Part shown: positions 41,439 to 53,056 of the stretch, piece after piece | Layout: each line of letters begins with the position of its first letter | Numbering within the stretch: position 1 is the first letter of the stretch | Source: Chloroflexota bacterium | GTDB lineage: Bacteria > Chloroflexota > Dehalococcoidia > Bin125 | Assembly (NCBI GenBank): GCA_028875225.1 | Contig: JAPPFB010000017.1 | Location: 81,920-145,919 of the forward strand | Direction: 5' to 3' | DNA: 64,000 nt | Notes under the pieces: model-generated | Database searches by the model: none | What the model saw: the letters and a program-made list of their open reading frames with translations, nothing else | Told to the model about the DNA's origin: nothing | Position numbers and translations under genes: made by a program

Positions 41439-42130
41439 CGATCGCCGTCACGTGCGACACTAGAAGCGTGAGACTCCACCCCTTTGCCGGCGTGCTGGTC
41501 GCGTTGTCCGTGTTGATCACGGGGGCATTGGCGGTTGGTTGCGCCAATGGCGCGGAGACCGTAGCCGAGGTTCCTGAGACCGTCCCCACCGCCGAACGCA
41601 CAACTGTCGATGAAGACATCCCCGTTGAGGCGCTGCCCGATCCGCTGCCCGTGCCCTATCTCTTCCGCGACGATGTCGTCTTTGAGGAAGCGCCGATCAC
41701 CGAGACCATTTATGTCGTGCAACCGGGCGACACGCTGGCCACCATCGCCAACCAGTTCTGTCTCACCGTCGAAGAGATTCAACGTCTCAACAACATCGTT
41801 GACATTGACGCATTGAGTGTCGGCCAGGAGTTGCGCGTCCCAATCCGTGAGGGCGCCTGCGGCGCGGCGGCGCCGGAACGCCCGGACGCCGAAGAGCCTG
41901 AGGGTCCGCAACGACCGCCCGGCGAGATCTACATCGTCCAGGAGGGCGACACGCTCGCTCAGATCGCGGCCGTCTATGGCTACACCTGGGTCGATCTGAT
42001 GAACTACAACAATCTCACCGAGGCGCAGGCCGCCAACATACAAATCGGCCAGGCTCTGATCATTCCGCCGCCGCCCATCGAACAGCAAGAGACAGCTCAA
42101 CAGGCAGGCCCGTCCGAGCCTCCCGGATGA
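41435..42130 (+). CDS. LysM-domain (2x) secreted protein or lipoprotein
   Basis: Two LysM modules (YVVQPGDTLATIANQF...; YIVQEGDTLAQIAAVYG...); signal/lipobox ALAVGC; ATG overlaps the upstream stop (ATGA). Confidence 0.78.
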   Translation: MTIAVTCDTRSVRLHPFAGVLVALSVLITGALAVGCANGAETVAEVPETVPTAERTTVDEDIPVEALPDPLPVPYLFRDDVVFEEAPITETIYVVQPGDTLATIANQFCLTVEEIQRLNNIVDIDALSVGQELRVPIREGACGAAAPERPDAEEPEGPQRPPGEIYIVQEGDTLAQIAAVYGYTWVDLMNYNNLTEAQAANIQIGQALIIPPPPIEQQETAQQAGPSEPPG

Positions 42131-42247
42131 CGGACGGACCGATCAGCCCGTTCGCGATTGATTGTCCGCGCGATACCCCTGTTGTAGCCTCAACCCCTGC
42201 CAAGCCTCGTCCAACAGGCTCTGTTCCGGCCGATCGACAGGTAACTC

Positions 42248-43846
42248 ATGGTCTCTGAATCCGCTCAGCAAACTTCGCAGACAGTCACACAGCGCGGCAT
42301 TGATTTCCTGCTCGAGGAAGTCGCCCAGCGACGCCTCAATGGCAACGCCAGCGAGGTCCGAGCGGCCGCGATGGAACGCCAGCACGGGCGCGGCAAACTC
42401 GGCGCCCGCGAGCGGCTGGACATCCTGTTCGACGCCGGATCGTTCACCGAGATCGATCCTTTCGTCAAGCATCGGGGCGCCGGATTCGGGCTCGAGAACA
42501 ACCGACCCGAGGGTGACGCCGTCGTCGTTGGTCATGGCACGGTCGACGGCCGCACGGTCTTCGCCTACGCCCAGGATTTCACCCTGTACGGAGGTTCGGT
42601 TTCCGAGGCCGCCGCCGAGAAGATCGCCAAGATCCAGGACCTGTCGATGAAGGTCGGCGCGCCCATCGTTGCGATCAACGACGGGGGCGGCGCGCGCATC
42701 CAGGAAGGCGTGACGTCACTGCGCGGCTACGGCGAGATCTTCCTGCGCAACACGCTTTCGTCCGGCCTCGTGCCCCAGATCGCGGTCTGTGCTGGACCGG
42801 CCGCCGGCGGCGGCGTCTACTCACCCGCGATTATGGACTTCATTTTCATGGTCCAGGGCACCGGACAGATGTACATCACGGGCCCCGATGTGATCCGCGC
42901 CGTCTCCGGTGAAGAGGTCACTCACGAGGAACTCGGCGGGGCGATGACCCATGCCACCAAGACCGGCGTCGCGCACTTCTGCATCCCCGGCGAGGAGGCC
43001 ACGCTGAACAGCGTCCGCCAGCTGCTCACCTTCTTGCCTCAGAACAACATGGAAGACCCGCGCTGGACCGACACCGGCGACTCGCCGGAGCGCAAACTCG
43101 ACAGCCTCGTCGACATCGTTCCGGCCGACTCGACCCGCCCATACGACATTCGGCGCGTGATCCGGGAGATTGTCGATAACGGCGAATACATGGAAATCCA
43201 GGCGCAGTGGGCGCGCAACGTGTCCGTGGGATTCGCCCACCTGGGCGGCTACGGCGTCGGAATCGTCGCCAACGATCCCGACACCATGGCCGGCGTGCTC
43301 GACATCGACGCCTCGCGCAAGGCGGCCCGCTTCGTCCGCTTCTGCGACTGTTTCAATATCCCCATCATCACACTCGTCGACGTACCCGGTTTCCTGCCCG
43401 GCACGCAACAGGAGTACGGCGGGATCATCGCCCACGGCGCCAAGCTGCTCTACGCCTACGCCGAGGCGACCGTGCCCAAAGTCGCCGTCACCCTGCGCAA
43501 GTCGATCGGCGGCGCATATGTGGTGATGAGCAGCAAGCACCTGCGCTCCGACATCAACCTCGCCTGGCCCACGGCGCAGATCGCCGTGACCGGCTCCGAC
43601 GGCGCGGTGAACATCATCCATCGCCGCCGAATCGCCGCCGCGGACGATCCTACGGCCGAACGAGCCAAACTCATCGCCGAGTACGAGGCGGAGTTTTACC
43701 GTCCGTACCAGGCTGCGGAACTGGGATTCATCGACGACGTGATCCACCCGCGCGACACTCGCACCGCCATCTTCCGAGCGCTCGACATGCTTGCCGACAA
43801 GGTCGATACCTCGCCGCCCAAGAAACACGGCAACATCCCTCTCTAA
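42248..43846 (+). CDS. pccB: Acyl-CoA carboxylase carboxyltransferase beta subunit (propionyl-CoA carboxylase beta-like)
   Basis: AccD/PccB family across both CoA-carboxyltransferase domains (VVVGHGTVDGRTVFAYAQDFTLYGGS). Confidence 0.9.
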   Translation: MVSESAQQTSQTVTQRGIDFLLEEVAQRRLNGNASEVRAAAMERQHGRGKLGARERLDILFDAGSFTEIDPFVKHRGAGFGLENNRPEGDAVVVGHGTVDGRTVFAYAQDFTLYGGSVSEAAAEKIAKIQDLSMKVGAPIVAINDGGGARIQEGVTSLRGYGEIFLRNTLSSGLVPQIAVCAGPAAGGGVYSPAIMDFIFMVQGTGQMYITGPDVIRAVSGEEVTHEELGGAMTHATKTGVAHFCIPGEEATLNSVRQLLTFLPQNNMEDPRWTDTGDSPERKLDSLVDIVPADSTRPYDIRRVIREIVDNGEYMEIQAQWARNVSVGFAHLGGYGVGIVANDPDTMAGVLDIDASRKAARFVRFCDCFNIPIITLVDVPGFLPGTQQEYGGIIAHGAKLLYAYAEATVPKVAVTLRKSIGGAYVVMSSKHLRSDINLAWPTAQIAVTGSDGAVNIIHRRRIAAADDPTAERAKLIAEYEAEFYRPYQAAELGFIDDVIHPRDTRTAIFRALDMLADKVDTSPPKKHGNIPL

Positions 43847-43902
43847 GCTGGTTTCAAACGGCGAACATTGCCTCAGGCATCAGCACCGAACTGGACCTCG
43901 CC

Positions 43903-46170
43903 ATGGCTATCGAACCCGACGCCCTCCTGCGAATCGAGGAGGCATACGCGAAGCTGCGCGACGGCATTGACGTCGCCCGACGACGAATCGATCGACCGCT
44001 GACGCTGGCCGAGAAGATCCTCTTCGGTCACTTCACCGATCCGGCCAATCAGCCGATCGAACGCGGCGTGGACCACGCCGCGCTGCAGCCGGACCGAGTC
44101 GCGCTACAGGACGCCACAGCCCAGATGGCGCTGCTCCAGTTCGAACTGGCCGGACTGCAACGCGTCGTGGTGCCGACCACCGTCCACTGTGACCACTTGA
44201 TCCAGGCTCGGATCGGCGCCGACCCAGATCTCGAAGTCGCCATCTCGGAGAACGAGGAAGTCTACGAGTTCCTGCGCAGCGCCGCCGCCCGCTATGGCGC
44301 GGGCTTCTGGAAGCCCGGCTCCGGCATCATTCACCAGGTCGTCTTTGAGAACTACGCGTTCCCCGGCGGCATGATGATCGGTACCGACTCGCATACGCCC
44401 AACGCCGGAGGCATGGGAATGATCGCGATCGGCGTCGGGGGCGCCGACGCCGTCGACGTGATGGCCGGACTCGGCTGGGGCGTCACCATGCCAAGGCTGA
44501 TCGGCGTCCACCTGACCGGCGAACTCGACGGCTGGACCGCGCCCAAGGACGTCATCCTGCGCGTCGCCGACGAACTCACGGTTAAGGGCGGTACCGGCGC
44601 GATCGTCGAGTACTTCGGTCCCGGCCTCCAGTCGATGAGCGCCACCGGTCGCGGCACCGTCACCAACATGGGCGCCGAAATCGGCGCGACGACCTCGCTC
44701 TTCCCCTTCGACGAGCGAACCGCTGCGTATCTGCGCAGCACCGACCGCGCCGACATCGCCGCACTGGCAGAGGCGAATGCCGACCATCTCCGCGCCGACG
44801 ACGACGTCGCCGACGCGCGTCACGAAATCTTCGACCGGGTGATCGAGATCAACCTCAGTGAGCTGGAGCCGGCCTGGGTCGGACCGCACACGCCCGACCT
44901 GCGTAACACCGTGGCAGAGATTCGCGGATTCATGGAGTCTGAGGCCTACCCGCTCAATGTGACCAACGCCCTGATCGGCTCATGCACCAACTCCTCATAC
45001 GAGGACATGAGCCGCGCCGCCCACATCGCCCGCCAGGCCGCCGACGCCGGCCTCGAACTGCGCGCGCCCCTGTTGGTCACGCCGGGCTCCGAACAGATCC
45101 GCGCCACGACCAAGCGCGACGGCCAGATCGACGCCTTCGAGTCGGCCGGCGCGACCGTGCTCGCCAATGCCTGCGGACCCTGCATCGGTCAATGGAAGCG
45201 CGAGGACATCGAGGGCGACGAGCAGAACACGATCGTCACGTCCTTCAACCGCAACTTCCCGGGCCGCAACGACGCCAACCGCAACACCCTCGCCTTCATC
45301 GGCTCGCCCGAGCTGGTCGTCGCCACCGCCTTCGCCGGTGAAATGGGATTCGATCCTCGCAGCGACTCCATCGCCACGGCCGACGGCGAGTTCCGCTTCT
45401 CTGCGCCCACAGGTGACGAGTTGCCGGCAGATGGGTTCGATGTCGGGGACGAGGGATTTATCGCTCCGCCCAAAGATGGCAGCGACGTCGACGTAATCGT
45501 CAGCCCTGAGAGCGACCGTCTCCAGCGGCTCACCCCGTTCAACGCCTGGGACGGTAACGACTACACCTTCATGTCGCTGCTACTCAAGACCCAGGGCAAG
45601 ACCACGACCGACCACATATCGCCGGCCGGTTCCTGGTTGCGATTCCGCGGCCATCTCGAGAACATCTCCGGCAACCTCTTCAGCGGCGGGGTCAACGCCT
45701 TCACCGGCGAGACCGGAACCACGCTCAATCAGATCAGCGGTCAGGCCGACCAACCAATCAACGAGGTCGCCCGCGCCTACAAGGACGCCGGCATCCGCTG
45801 GGTCGCCGTGGGCGACGAGAACTACGGCGAGGGATCCAGCCGCGAGCACGCCTCGATGGAGATCCGCTGGAGCGGCGGCTACATGGTGATCGCCCGCTCG
45901 TTCGCCCGCATCGCCGAGACCAACCTGAAAAAGCAGGGCATCCTCGCACTCACCTTCAGCGACCCGGCGGACTACGACCTCGTCGGCCAGCTCGACCGCT
46001 TGAGCGTGCTCGGATTGTCTGAGTTCGCCCCCGGCCAGCCTCTCACCCTGCGCATCGACCACGAGGACGGCTCCAGCGACGAGGTCGCCGTCAACCACAG
46101 TTACACCGACGAGCAGATCACTTGGTTCCAGGCCGGCAGCGCCCTGAACAAGATCGCGGCGTCGCAGTAG
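43903..46170 (+). CDS. acn: Aconitate hydratase, mitochondrial-type (ACO2-like)
   Basis: 755 aa; [13 protein letters not shown]...[13 protein letters not shown]...[11 protein letters not shown]...[12 protein letters not shown]; domain order and size of the mitochondrial-type enzyme rather than AcnA/AcnB. ATG at 43903; the track ORF from 43207 is an overlap artefact. Confidence 0.88.
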   Translation: MAIEPDALLRIEEAYAKLRDGIDVARRRIDRPLTLAEKILFGHFTDPANQPIERGVDHAALQPDRVALQDATAQMALLQFELAGLQRVVVPTTVHCDHLIQARIGADPDLEVAISENEEVYEFLRSAAARYGAGFWKPGSGIIHQVVFENYAFPGGMMIGTDSHTPNAGGMGMIAIGVGGADAVDVMAGLGWGVTMPRLIGVHLTGELDGWTAPKDVILRVADELTVKGGTGAIVEYFGPGLQSMSATGRGTVTNMGAEIGATTSLFPFDERTAAYLRSTDRADIAALAEANADHLRADDDVADARHEIFDRVIEINLSELEPAWVGPHTPDLRNTVAEIRGFMESEAYPLNVTNALIGSCTNSSYEDMSRAAHIARQAADAGLELRAPLLVTPGSEQIRATTKRDGQIDAFESAGATVLANACGPCIGQWKREDIEGDEQNTIVTSFNRNFPGRNDANRNTLAFIGSPELVVATAFAGEMGFDPRSDSIATADGEFRFSAPTGDELPADGFDVGDEGFIAPPKDGSDVDVIVSPESDRLQRLTPFNAWDGNDYTFMSLLLKTQGKTTTDHISPAGSWLRFRGHLENISGNLFSGGVNAFTGETGTTLNQISGQADQPINEVARAYKDAGIRWVAVGDENYGEGSSREHASMEIRWSGGYMVIARSFARIAETNLKKQGILALTFSDPADYDLVGQLDRLSVLGLSEFAPGQPLTLRIDHEDGSSDEVAVNHSYTDEQITWFQAGSALNKIAASQ

Positions 46171-46180
46171 CGCCAGTCAG

Positions 46181-46276
46181 GCCCTCACCCTAACCCTCTC
46201 CCTTGGGGAGAGGGAAAACGAGCGAAGAGCGAAAGATCGGCTCCCTCTCCCACTGGGAGAGGGCTGGGGTGAGGGC
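46181..46276. repeat. Inverted pair of Family B modules forming a long potential hairpin (acn to mdh spacer)
   Basis: GCCCTCACCCTAACCctctcccTTGGggagaggg ... ccctctcccACTGggagagggCTGGGGTGAGGGC with a 26-nt spacer. Confidence 0.8.
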
Positions 46277-46408
46277 CCGCCAAGAGGCAAGTCTCGTCAT
46301 CTCAGCCACTCACATAGCAGACTCAAAGCCCCCTATCCGATAACAATTGGACAAGTCCCGTCTATTCCCCGCGGGTATGGCTGCCCGTGTTCAGAAAGGT
46401 CCGAGACC

Positions 46409-47356
46409 ATGCGAACGAAGGTGACCGTCATTGGAGCTGGAAACGTCGGCGCGACCACAGCTCAGCGACTCGCCGAGCGCGGATACGCCGACGTTGTCCT
46501 GGTCGATATCGTCGATGGCCTGCCCCAGGGCAAGGCGCTCGACATGTACGAGGCTTCGCCTGTGATCGGCATCGACTCCAGCATCACCGGCGCTACCGAC
46601 TACGGCCCAACCGCGGGCTCCGACATCGTCGTGATCACCTCCGGCGTCGCCCGCAAACCAGGCATGTCCCGCGACGACTTGCTGCAAATCAACATGGGCA
46701 TCGTCGACTCGGTCACCCGCGCCGCGATCGCCGAGTCGCCCGACGCCACCATCGTCGTGGTCTCGAATCCGCTCGACGCGATGTGCCACGTCGCCTACGA
46801 CGCGGCAGGGATTCCCAGTTCGCGCGTCGTGGGCATGGCCGGCATTCTCGACACCGCGCGCTACCGCTCTTTCCTCGCCGAAGCGATCAACGTCTCGGTC
46901 GAGGACATCAACGCCTTCGTCCTCGGCGGCCACGGCGACACCATGGTCCCGCTCGCTTCCTACACCACCGCCGCCGGCATTCCGATCACGAAACTCCTGC
47001 CTCAGGACCAGCTCGACCAGATCATCCAGCGCACCCGCGACGGTGGCGCCGAGATCGTCAACCTGCTCAAGACCGGTTCCGCCTTCTACGCGCCCTCCGC
47101 CGCCGTCGCGCAGATGGTCGACGCCATCGCGCTCGACAAGCGCCGCATCCTCCCCTGCGCCGCCCTATTGAACGGCGAGTACGGGGTTGACGGCCTGTTC
47201 ATCGGTGTGCCGGTCGTGCTCGGCCAGAACGGGATCGAGCAGATCCTCGAGATCAGCCTCACCGACGAGGAGCAGTCTCAGCTCCAGCACTCTGCCGACG
47301 CCGTCCAGGGCCTCGTCGACGACATGGCCCGACTCAGCCAGAACAACGGCGGCTAA
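46409..47356 (+). CDS. mdh: Malate dehydrogenase (LDH-like)
   Basis: VIGAGNVG; LDH/MDH family throughout. Confidence 0.92.
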   Translation: MRTKVTVIGAGNVGATTAQRLAERGYADVVLVDIVDGLPQGKALDMYEASPVIGIDSSITGATDYGPTAGSDIVVITSGVARKPGMSRDDLLQINMGIVDSVTRAAIAESPDATIVVVSNPLDAMCHVAYDAAGIPSSRVVGMAGILDTARYRSFLAEAINVSVEDINAFVLGGHGDTMVPLASYTTAAGIPITKLLPQDQLDQIIQRTRDGGAEIVNLLKTGSAFYAPSAAVAQMVDAIALDKRRILPCAALLNGEYGVDGLFIGVPVVLGQNGIEQILEISLTDEEQSQLQHSADAVQGLVDDMARLSQNNGG

Positions 47357-47470
47357 ATCCGCACTTCGACTGACCAGGATCGCACAGCGACCGTCCAACA
47401 TCGAACAGAATCGAACAGAATCGTCCAAGACCGAACAACGAGAGCGCTCAAACCCCGCTGAGGACTGAAC

Positions 47471-48859
<1,389 letters not shown>

Positions 48860-48865
48860 GGCTCT

Positions 48866-48945
48866 TTTCTCCCCCCGCTTTGCGGGGGGAGATGCCGAAA
48901 GCCTGCCCCCGCGAAGGCGGGGGGCAGAGGGGGCTCCCGCTTTGC
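48866..48945 (+). repeat. Family A two-hairpin element (fumC to PPOX spacer)
   Basis: TCCCCCCGC-tttg-GCGGGGGGA + gatGCCGAAAGC + CTGCCCCCGC-gaag-GCGGGGGGCAG + AGGGGGCTCCC. Confidence 0.85.
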
Positions 48946-48988
48946 GCCCCTACACTTCTCGTATCGCAGAAACCGGAGCGGAGTAACC

Positions 48989-49468
48989 ATGCCCAGCCGA
49001 CGCAACATGATCGCCATGACCGACGAGGAAGCCAAGGAGTTCATCGAGACCGGCTGGACGCTGCAGGTCGCATCCAACGGCCACAATGGCTTCCCGCACA
49101 TGGTCGCCATGTGGTACGGCGTGATTGACGACAAGATCCACTTCACCACCTACGCCAAGGCGCAGAAGGTGCTCAATCTCAAGCGCGATCCGCGGATCAC
49201 GGTCATGCTGGAGTCGGGCGTCGAGTATTCGAAGATCAAGGGTCTCGTGATCGAGGGCGAAGCCGACGTGATCGAGAACGACCCCCAGCTGGTGATGGCC
49301 GTCCAGGACGCCACCGGCGAGAAGCGTAATCCCAACGCCCAGGGCCGCTCCACCACCCCCATGGATGACGAGCAGCGAGTCCGCCAGGCTTCCAAGCGCG
49401 CGGTCGTGCGAATCAATCCCACCCGCGTCTACAGCTGGGACCACAACAAGCTCGGCGGCGTCTACTGA
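48989..49468 (+). CDS. Pyridoxamine 5'-phosphate oxidase family / PPOX-class F420-dependent protein
   Basis: Split-barrel PNPOx-like sequence (GWTLQVASNGHNGFPHMVAMWY). Confidence 0.7.
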   Translation: MPSRRNMIAMTDEEAKEFIETGWTLQVASNGHNGFPHMVAMWYGVIDDKIHFTTYAKAQKVLNLKRDPRITVMLESGVEYSKIKGLVIEGEADVIENDPQLVMAVQDATGEKRNPNAQGRSTTPMDDEQRVRQASKRAVVRINPTRVYSWDHNKLGGVY

Positions 49469-49660
49469 CGCGCTTGCGCCTGGTTACAATGACCCCACAG
49501 TCAGGCGGAGGGATCCGTATGGCAACTGCCAAACCAACGGACGACCGGCAGACCAATACGCGCCCGCCAGAGACGGAGCAGGAGCCCCTCCGTCTGTATG
49601 GCGTGGAACCTCCTTGGACGCTCTTCTTCATCGCCCGGGACTGGTGGCGAGAGCGGAAAG

Positions 49661-50140
49661 CTAGACAGCAAGAATCGCAGCCACCGCAATAGCAATCGCA
49701 GTTGCCCCCGTCAGCAACAATGCAGCGCCAACCAGGGCCGACTTGACGCGGAGCAGCCTCCTGCTGCGGCGCTCTGCGGTCCATATTTCTTCAGCAGCAC
49801 CATGAAACGCACTGGTCTCATCCTCCCCCGAGGTCGCGCGAGACATTGCCAATGGCGTGGGAATGACGTCGGAGCGACCGATCAGCAATGCGGCCGTTAA
49901 CACCACGATGTTCGCGATAAACAAGCCCGCCGCCGCCGTCACTGCGGCTGCGACTCCGCCTTGCTCAACCGGCGCAGCAAAGATCAGGGCCGATCCCAGC
50001 AGGGCAATCATCGCCGCACTCAGAGCGAAAGCGCTGCCCAGCTTCGAGTCCAATGATCTGCCATATTCGATTTGCTCGCGCAGACGCCACAGCGCGGTCT
50101 CGTAGGCCAATCGCGCCCCCGAAACATCATCAGCCATCAC
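49661..50140 (-). CDS. Hypothetical membrane protein
   Basis: 159 aa; three predicted TM segments; overlaps the downstream cupin gene start by 4 nt; no recognisable domain. Confidence 0.45.
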   Translation of the reverse strand: MMADDVSGARLAYETALWRLREQIEYGRSLDSKLGSAFALSAAMIALLGSALIFAAPVEQGGVAAAVTAAAGLFIANIVVLTAALLIGRSDVIPTPLAMSRATSGEDETSAFHGAAEEIWTAERRSRRLLRVKSALVGAALLLTGATAIAIAVAAILAV

Positions 50141-50442
50141 CCCGCTCCGGCCCCGTGTTCTCCGCCCTCGGGCCCGTAGAACACCACCCAGACGGCCAGG
50201 TCGTCGCTGAAGTCCTCAAACCGGTGCCGCGCCCCGGCACCCACGAAGAACGTGTCGCCCGGGCCGCACGCCATCCGCTTGTTGCCCAGGGCGAACACGC
50301 CCGTGCCTGACGCCACGATGTAGACCTCGTCCTGATTATGTGGACTCTGCTTATCCACCTCATGCGGTGTGTAGAGGCCTACCGACATCGTCCCGTGCCG
50401 CAGCATCTCGCGGTATTCGTCGGGCTGGACTTGGCTGGCCAT
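50137..50442 (-). CDS. Cupin-domain protein
   Basis: Cupin_2-like core (VYIVASGTGVFALGNKRMACGPGDTFFVGAGARHRF). Confidence 0.7.
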   Translation of the reverse strand: MASQVQPDEYREMLRHGTMSVGLYTPHEVDKQSPHNQDEVYIVASGTGVFALGNKRMACGPGDTFFVGAGARHRFEDFSDDLAVWVVFYGPEGGEHGAGAG

Positions 50443-50508
50443 GACAATCTCCTCGCGCTGAACCCTTGGCTCAGCTTATGATCGACGAGTGTCCGAATCT
50501 GGTGGAGG

Positions 50509-51045
50509 ATGAGTCTGATGCCCCTCTCGCAACTGGAAGTGATTCAGGAAGGCCTCGACGGTATGCACGCCATGCTCGACCGTGCCGTCCCCGACATGAC
50601 CGCCGACCAATGGAATGCCCGACCCGCCGGCGACGGCGTCAGCGCGTTTTTCTCGCTCTGGCACTATGTCCGCACCGAGGACAACATCGTCAACTGGGTC
50701 GTCCATCGCCGCCCCACCGTCTGGCTCGACGGCGAGTGGGACCAGTGCTTTGGCCTGCACAGAACCTCCCAGGGCACCGGCATGACCAAAGAGGAAGCCG
50801 ACGCCGTCCTGCTCAACGACGTCGACGCCTGGCTCACCTACCAGCAGGGAGTCTGGGTCGTCACACGCGAATGGGTCTCATCGCTCACCGAGGACGATCT
50901 GCCAAAAGAAATCGTCATCCGGCCGACGCCGCCGATGTCGATCTGGCAGGCGCTGACCGGCATGCTGCTCTACCACGGCTATCGTCACGTCGGAGAAGTC
51001 GAACACGCGCGCGGCCTGCTCGGACTTGGCGGCCTGACGATCTGA
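50509..51045 (+). CDS. DinB/YfiT-family metal-dependent protein
   Basis: DinB_2-like His positions (WHYVRTED, YHGYRHVGE). Confidence 0.65.
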   Translation: MSLMPLSQLEVIQEGLDGMHAMLDRAVPDMTADQWNARPAGDGVSAFFSLWHYVRTEDNIVNWVVHRRPTVWLDGEWDQCFGLHRTSQGTGMTKEEADAVLLNDVDAWLTYQQGVWVVTREWVSSLTEDDLPKEIVIRPTPPMSIWQALTGMLLYHGYRHVGEVEHARGLLGLGGLTI

Positions 51046-51049
51046 TTCG

Positions 51050-51985
51050 CTAGAACACCGCAATGGGATTGACCGGCGAACCTGTGCCGCCCTGGATGTT
51101 CAGCGGCAGGACGCAGAGCAACATCTCGTAGCGTCCTTCCTCGGCGCAGGCTTCGGCCAACGGTTGCAGCAGCGCGTTGTCCAGCAATACAACGCCGAAG
51201 CTGTAGATCACGCCGTGCACCGGCCAGGCGAGCCCGTATTCGCTAGGTCTGTGGTCCATCATGTCCCAGCCCAGCATCGAGACATCCTGGTCTCGGATGA
51301 AAATGCTGCACGACGCGTGCAGCCCTGGTGACGGCGGACTGCCAAAGAAGTCGTCGGGATGATCGGCCTGGTAGGCCTCGCGGCCGGAGTAGACGAGCAG
51401 CGCGTCGCCCGGCTCGACGGCGACGCCCTGCGCATCGGCGATGTCCTGCAGCTCGGCGCCCATGACCGGCTGATCGAACGTGACGTACGGCTCGCCGCGG
51501 AATCTGGGCACATCAAGCAGCACGGCCTTCGTGAAGATGCCCTGGTTCCAGGCCGTGACATCGGCGAATGTGGCGCCCGTCGCAGAGTCAATCGCCTCGT
51601 CGGGGTCGCGACCCTGCCAGATCCCGTCTGAGTCCCAGATGTGGCACAGGGCGTCGACGTGGGTGAACGTGTGGCCGTGATAGATGAAGCCGTAGTAGTC
51701 GACCACCGCGCCGTCACCCTCGTCGCCACGATCGAACGTCCGCATGAAGTGCTGCGCCGGGGTCGGATTGAGCGCCGATGGATCCTTCGGATAGGGCCGG
51801 GACAGCGAAACCGTCCGCCCGTTCTGCACCGAGGCAAGCGCGCTCAGTCGCTTCTCGACGGTGATCAGATTGACCGCGCCGACTGAATCGTCGTCGCCCC
51901 AACGACCCCAGTTGCGCCGCTCCTTGAAGTTGCGCATGATCTCTTCGCGGCTTGGCGACGGGTACTTCTGCTGGTGACTGGCCAT
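51050..51985 (-). CDS. Putative cyclase / kynurenine-formamidase-like protein
   Basis: PF04199 motif HxGTHxDxxxH present as YHGHTFTHVDALCH; start at MASHQQ. Confidence 0.75.
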   Translation of the reverse strand: MASHQQKYPSPSREEIMRNFKERRNWGRWGDDDSVGAVNLITVEKRLSALASVQNGRTVSLSRPYPKDPSALNPTPAQHFMRTFDRGDEGDGAVVDYYGFIYHGHTFTHVDALCHIWDSDGIWQGRDPDEAIDSATGATFADVTAWNQGIFTKAVLLDVPRFRGEPYVTFDQPVMGAELQDIADAQGVAVEPGDALLVYSGREAYQADHPDDFFGSPPSPGLHASCSIFIRDQDVSMLGWDMMDHRPSEYGLAWPVHGVIYSFGVVLLDNALLQPLAEACAEEGRYEMLLCVLPLNIQGGTGSPVNPIAVF

Positions 51986-52113
51986 CGTGCATTCCTTTCC
52001 AGGATTCACAAGTAACGCCGTGAGACGCTATGGATCGCAGCGAAGATAGCGCCCGGACATCCACGCGATATCCTCAGTCGCGAACCTTGAGAAGCACACA
52101 GACAGGACACAGC

Positions 52114-52962
52114 ATGACCGACTTCGGCGTATCGATGTTCCCGACCGACTACGCGATCCAGCCGCCCGAGCTGGGTCGCGAAGTGGAAGCGCGCGGCTTC
52201 GAGTCGCTCTGGTTCCCCGAGCACACGCACATTCCAACCTCGCGCATTTCACCCTGGCCGGGCGGCGGCGACCTGCCCCAGGAATACTGGCACACCCACG
52301 ACCCGTTCGTCTCACTCATGGCAGCCGCCGCAGCTACTGAGACGATCAAAGTCGGCACCGGCATCCTGCTCGTCCCCGAGCACGATGTGCTGGTCTCAGC
52401 CAAGTCGGCGGCCTCACTCGACATGATCTCCGGCGGCCGCCTGATTCTGGGCATTGGCGCCGGCTGGAATGCGGAAGAACTCGAGAACCACGGCTGGAAC
52501 TTCAAGGATCGCTGGAAGGTCACCCGCGAGATCGTCCTCGCCTGGCGCGAGCTCTGGACCCAGGACGAGCCCGAGTTCCACGGCGAATTCATCGACTTCG
52601 ACCCCGTCTGGAGCTATCCGAAGCCGGTGGACGGCGATGTCCCCGTCCTGCTGGGAGCGCAGTCGAAGTGGTCCTTCGACCGGGTGGTTGACTACTGTGA
52701 CGGCTGGCTGCCGATCAACGGTCGCGGCGACCTGCGGGCCGACATGGAGCAGCTCCGCGCCGCAGCCGACCGAGGCGAACGCGACTTCGAGACCATCCAG
52801 CGCAGCGTCTTCGGAGTCGGACCCGACCCAAAACTCGTCCAGGATCTGATTGACATGGGCTTCCAGCGGATCATCTTCGGCCTGCCGCCGGCGGACGCCG
52901 GGACCGTGATTCCGCTCCTCGATCGCTACAACGACGTCAAGGCCGAGTTCAACGGCAGCTAG
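52114..52962 (+). CDS. LLM-class F420-dependent oxidoreductase
   Basis: Luciferase-like fold (MFPTDYAI...LWFPEHTHIP...GTGILLVPEH...GIGAGW); ATG at 52114. Confidence 0.78.
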   Translation: MTDFGVSMFPTDYAIQPPELGREVEARGFESLWFPEHTHIPTSRISPWPGGGDLPQEYWHTHDPFVSLMAAAAATETIKVGTGILLVPEHDVLVSAKSAASLDMISGGRLILGIGAGWNAEELENHGWNFKDRWKVTREIVLAWRELWTQDEPEFHGEFIDFDPVWSYPKPVDGDVPVLLGAQSKWSFDRVVDYCDGWLPINGRGDLRADMEQLRAAADRGERDFETIQRSVFGVGPDPKLVQDLIDMGFQRIIFGLPPADAGTVIPLLDRYNDVKAEFNGS

Positions 52963-52983
52963 TCACAGAAAGCCCTCTCCCAT

Positions 52984-53056
52984 CTCCCCCCGCTGAGCGG
53001 GGGGAGATGCCGCAAGCCTGCCCCGCACTTTATGCGGGGGCAGAGGGGGGGCTCCC
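52984..53056 (+). repeat. Family A two-hairpin element (LLM to trmH spacer)
   Basis: Near-identical architecture to 48866-48945; the 3' G-run abuts the GTG start at 53057. Confidence 0.85.

Noticed and set aside
43207-43902. 5' extension of the aconitase ORF (track start 43207)
   Set aside because: Overlaps the 3' end of pccB in another frame and is Arg-rich nonsense. The conserved aconitase N-terminus begins at the ATG at 43903.
49474-49692. 72-aa plus-strand ORF after the PPOX gene
   Set aside because: No domain, weak coding bias, and it overlaps the 3' end of the minus-strand membrane-protein ORF. Insufficient support to call.
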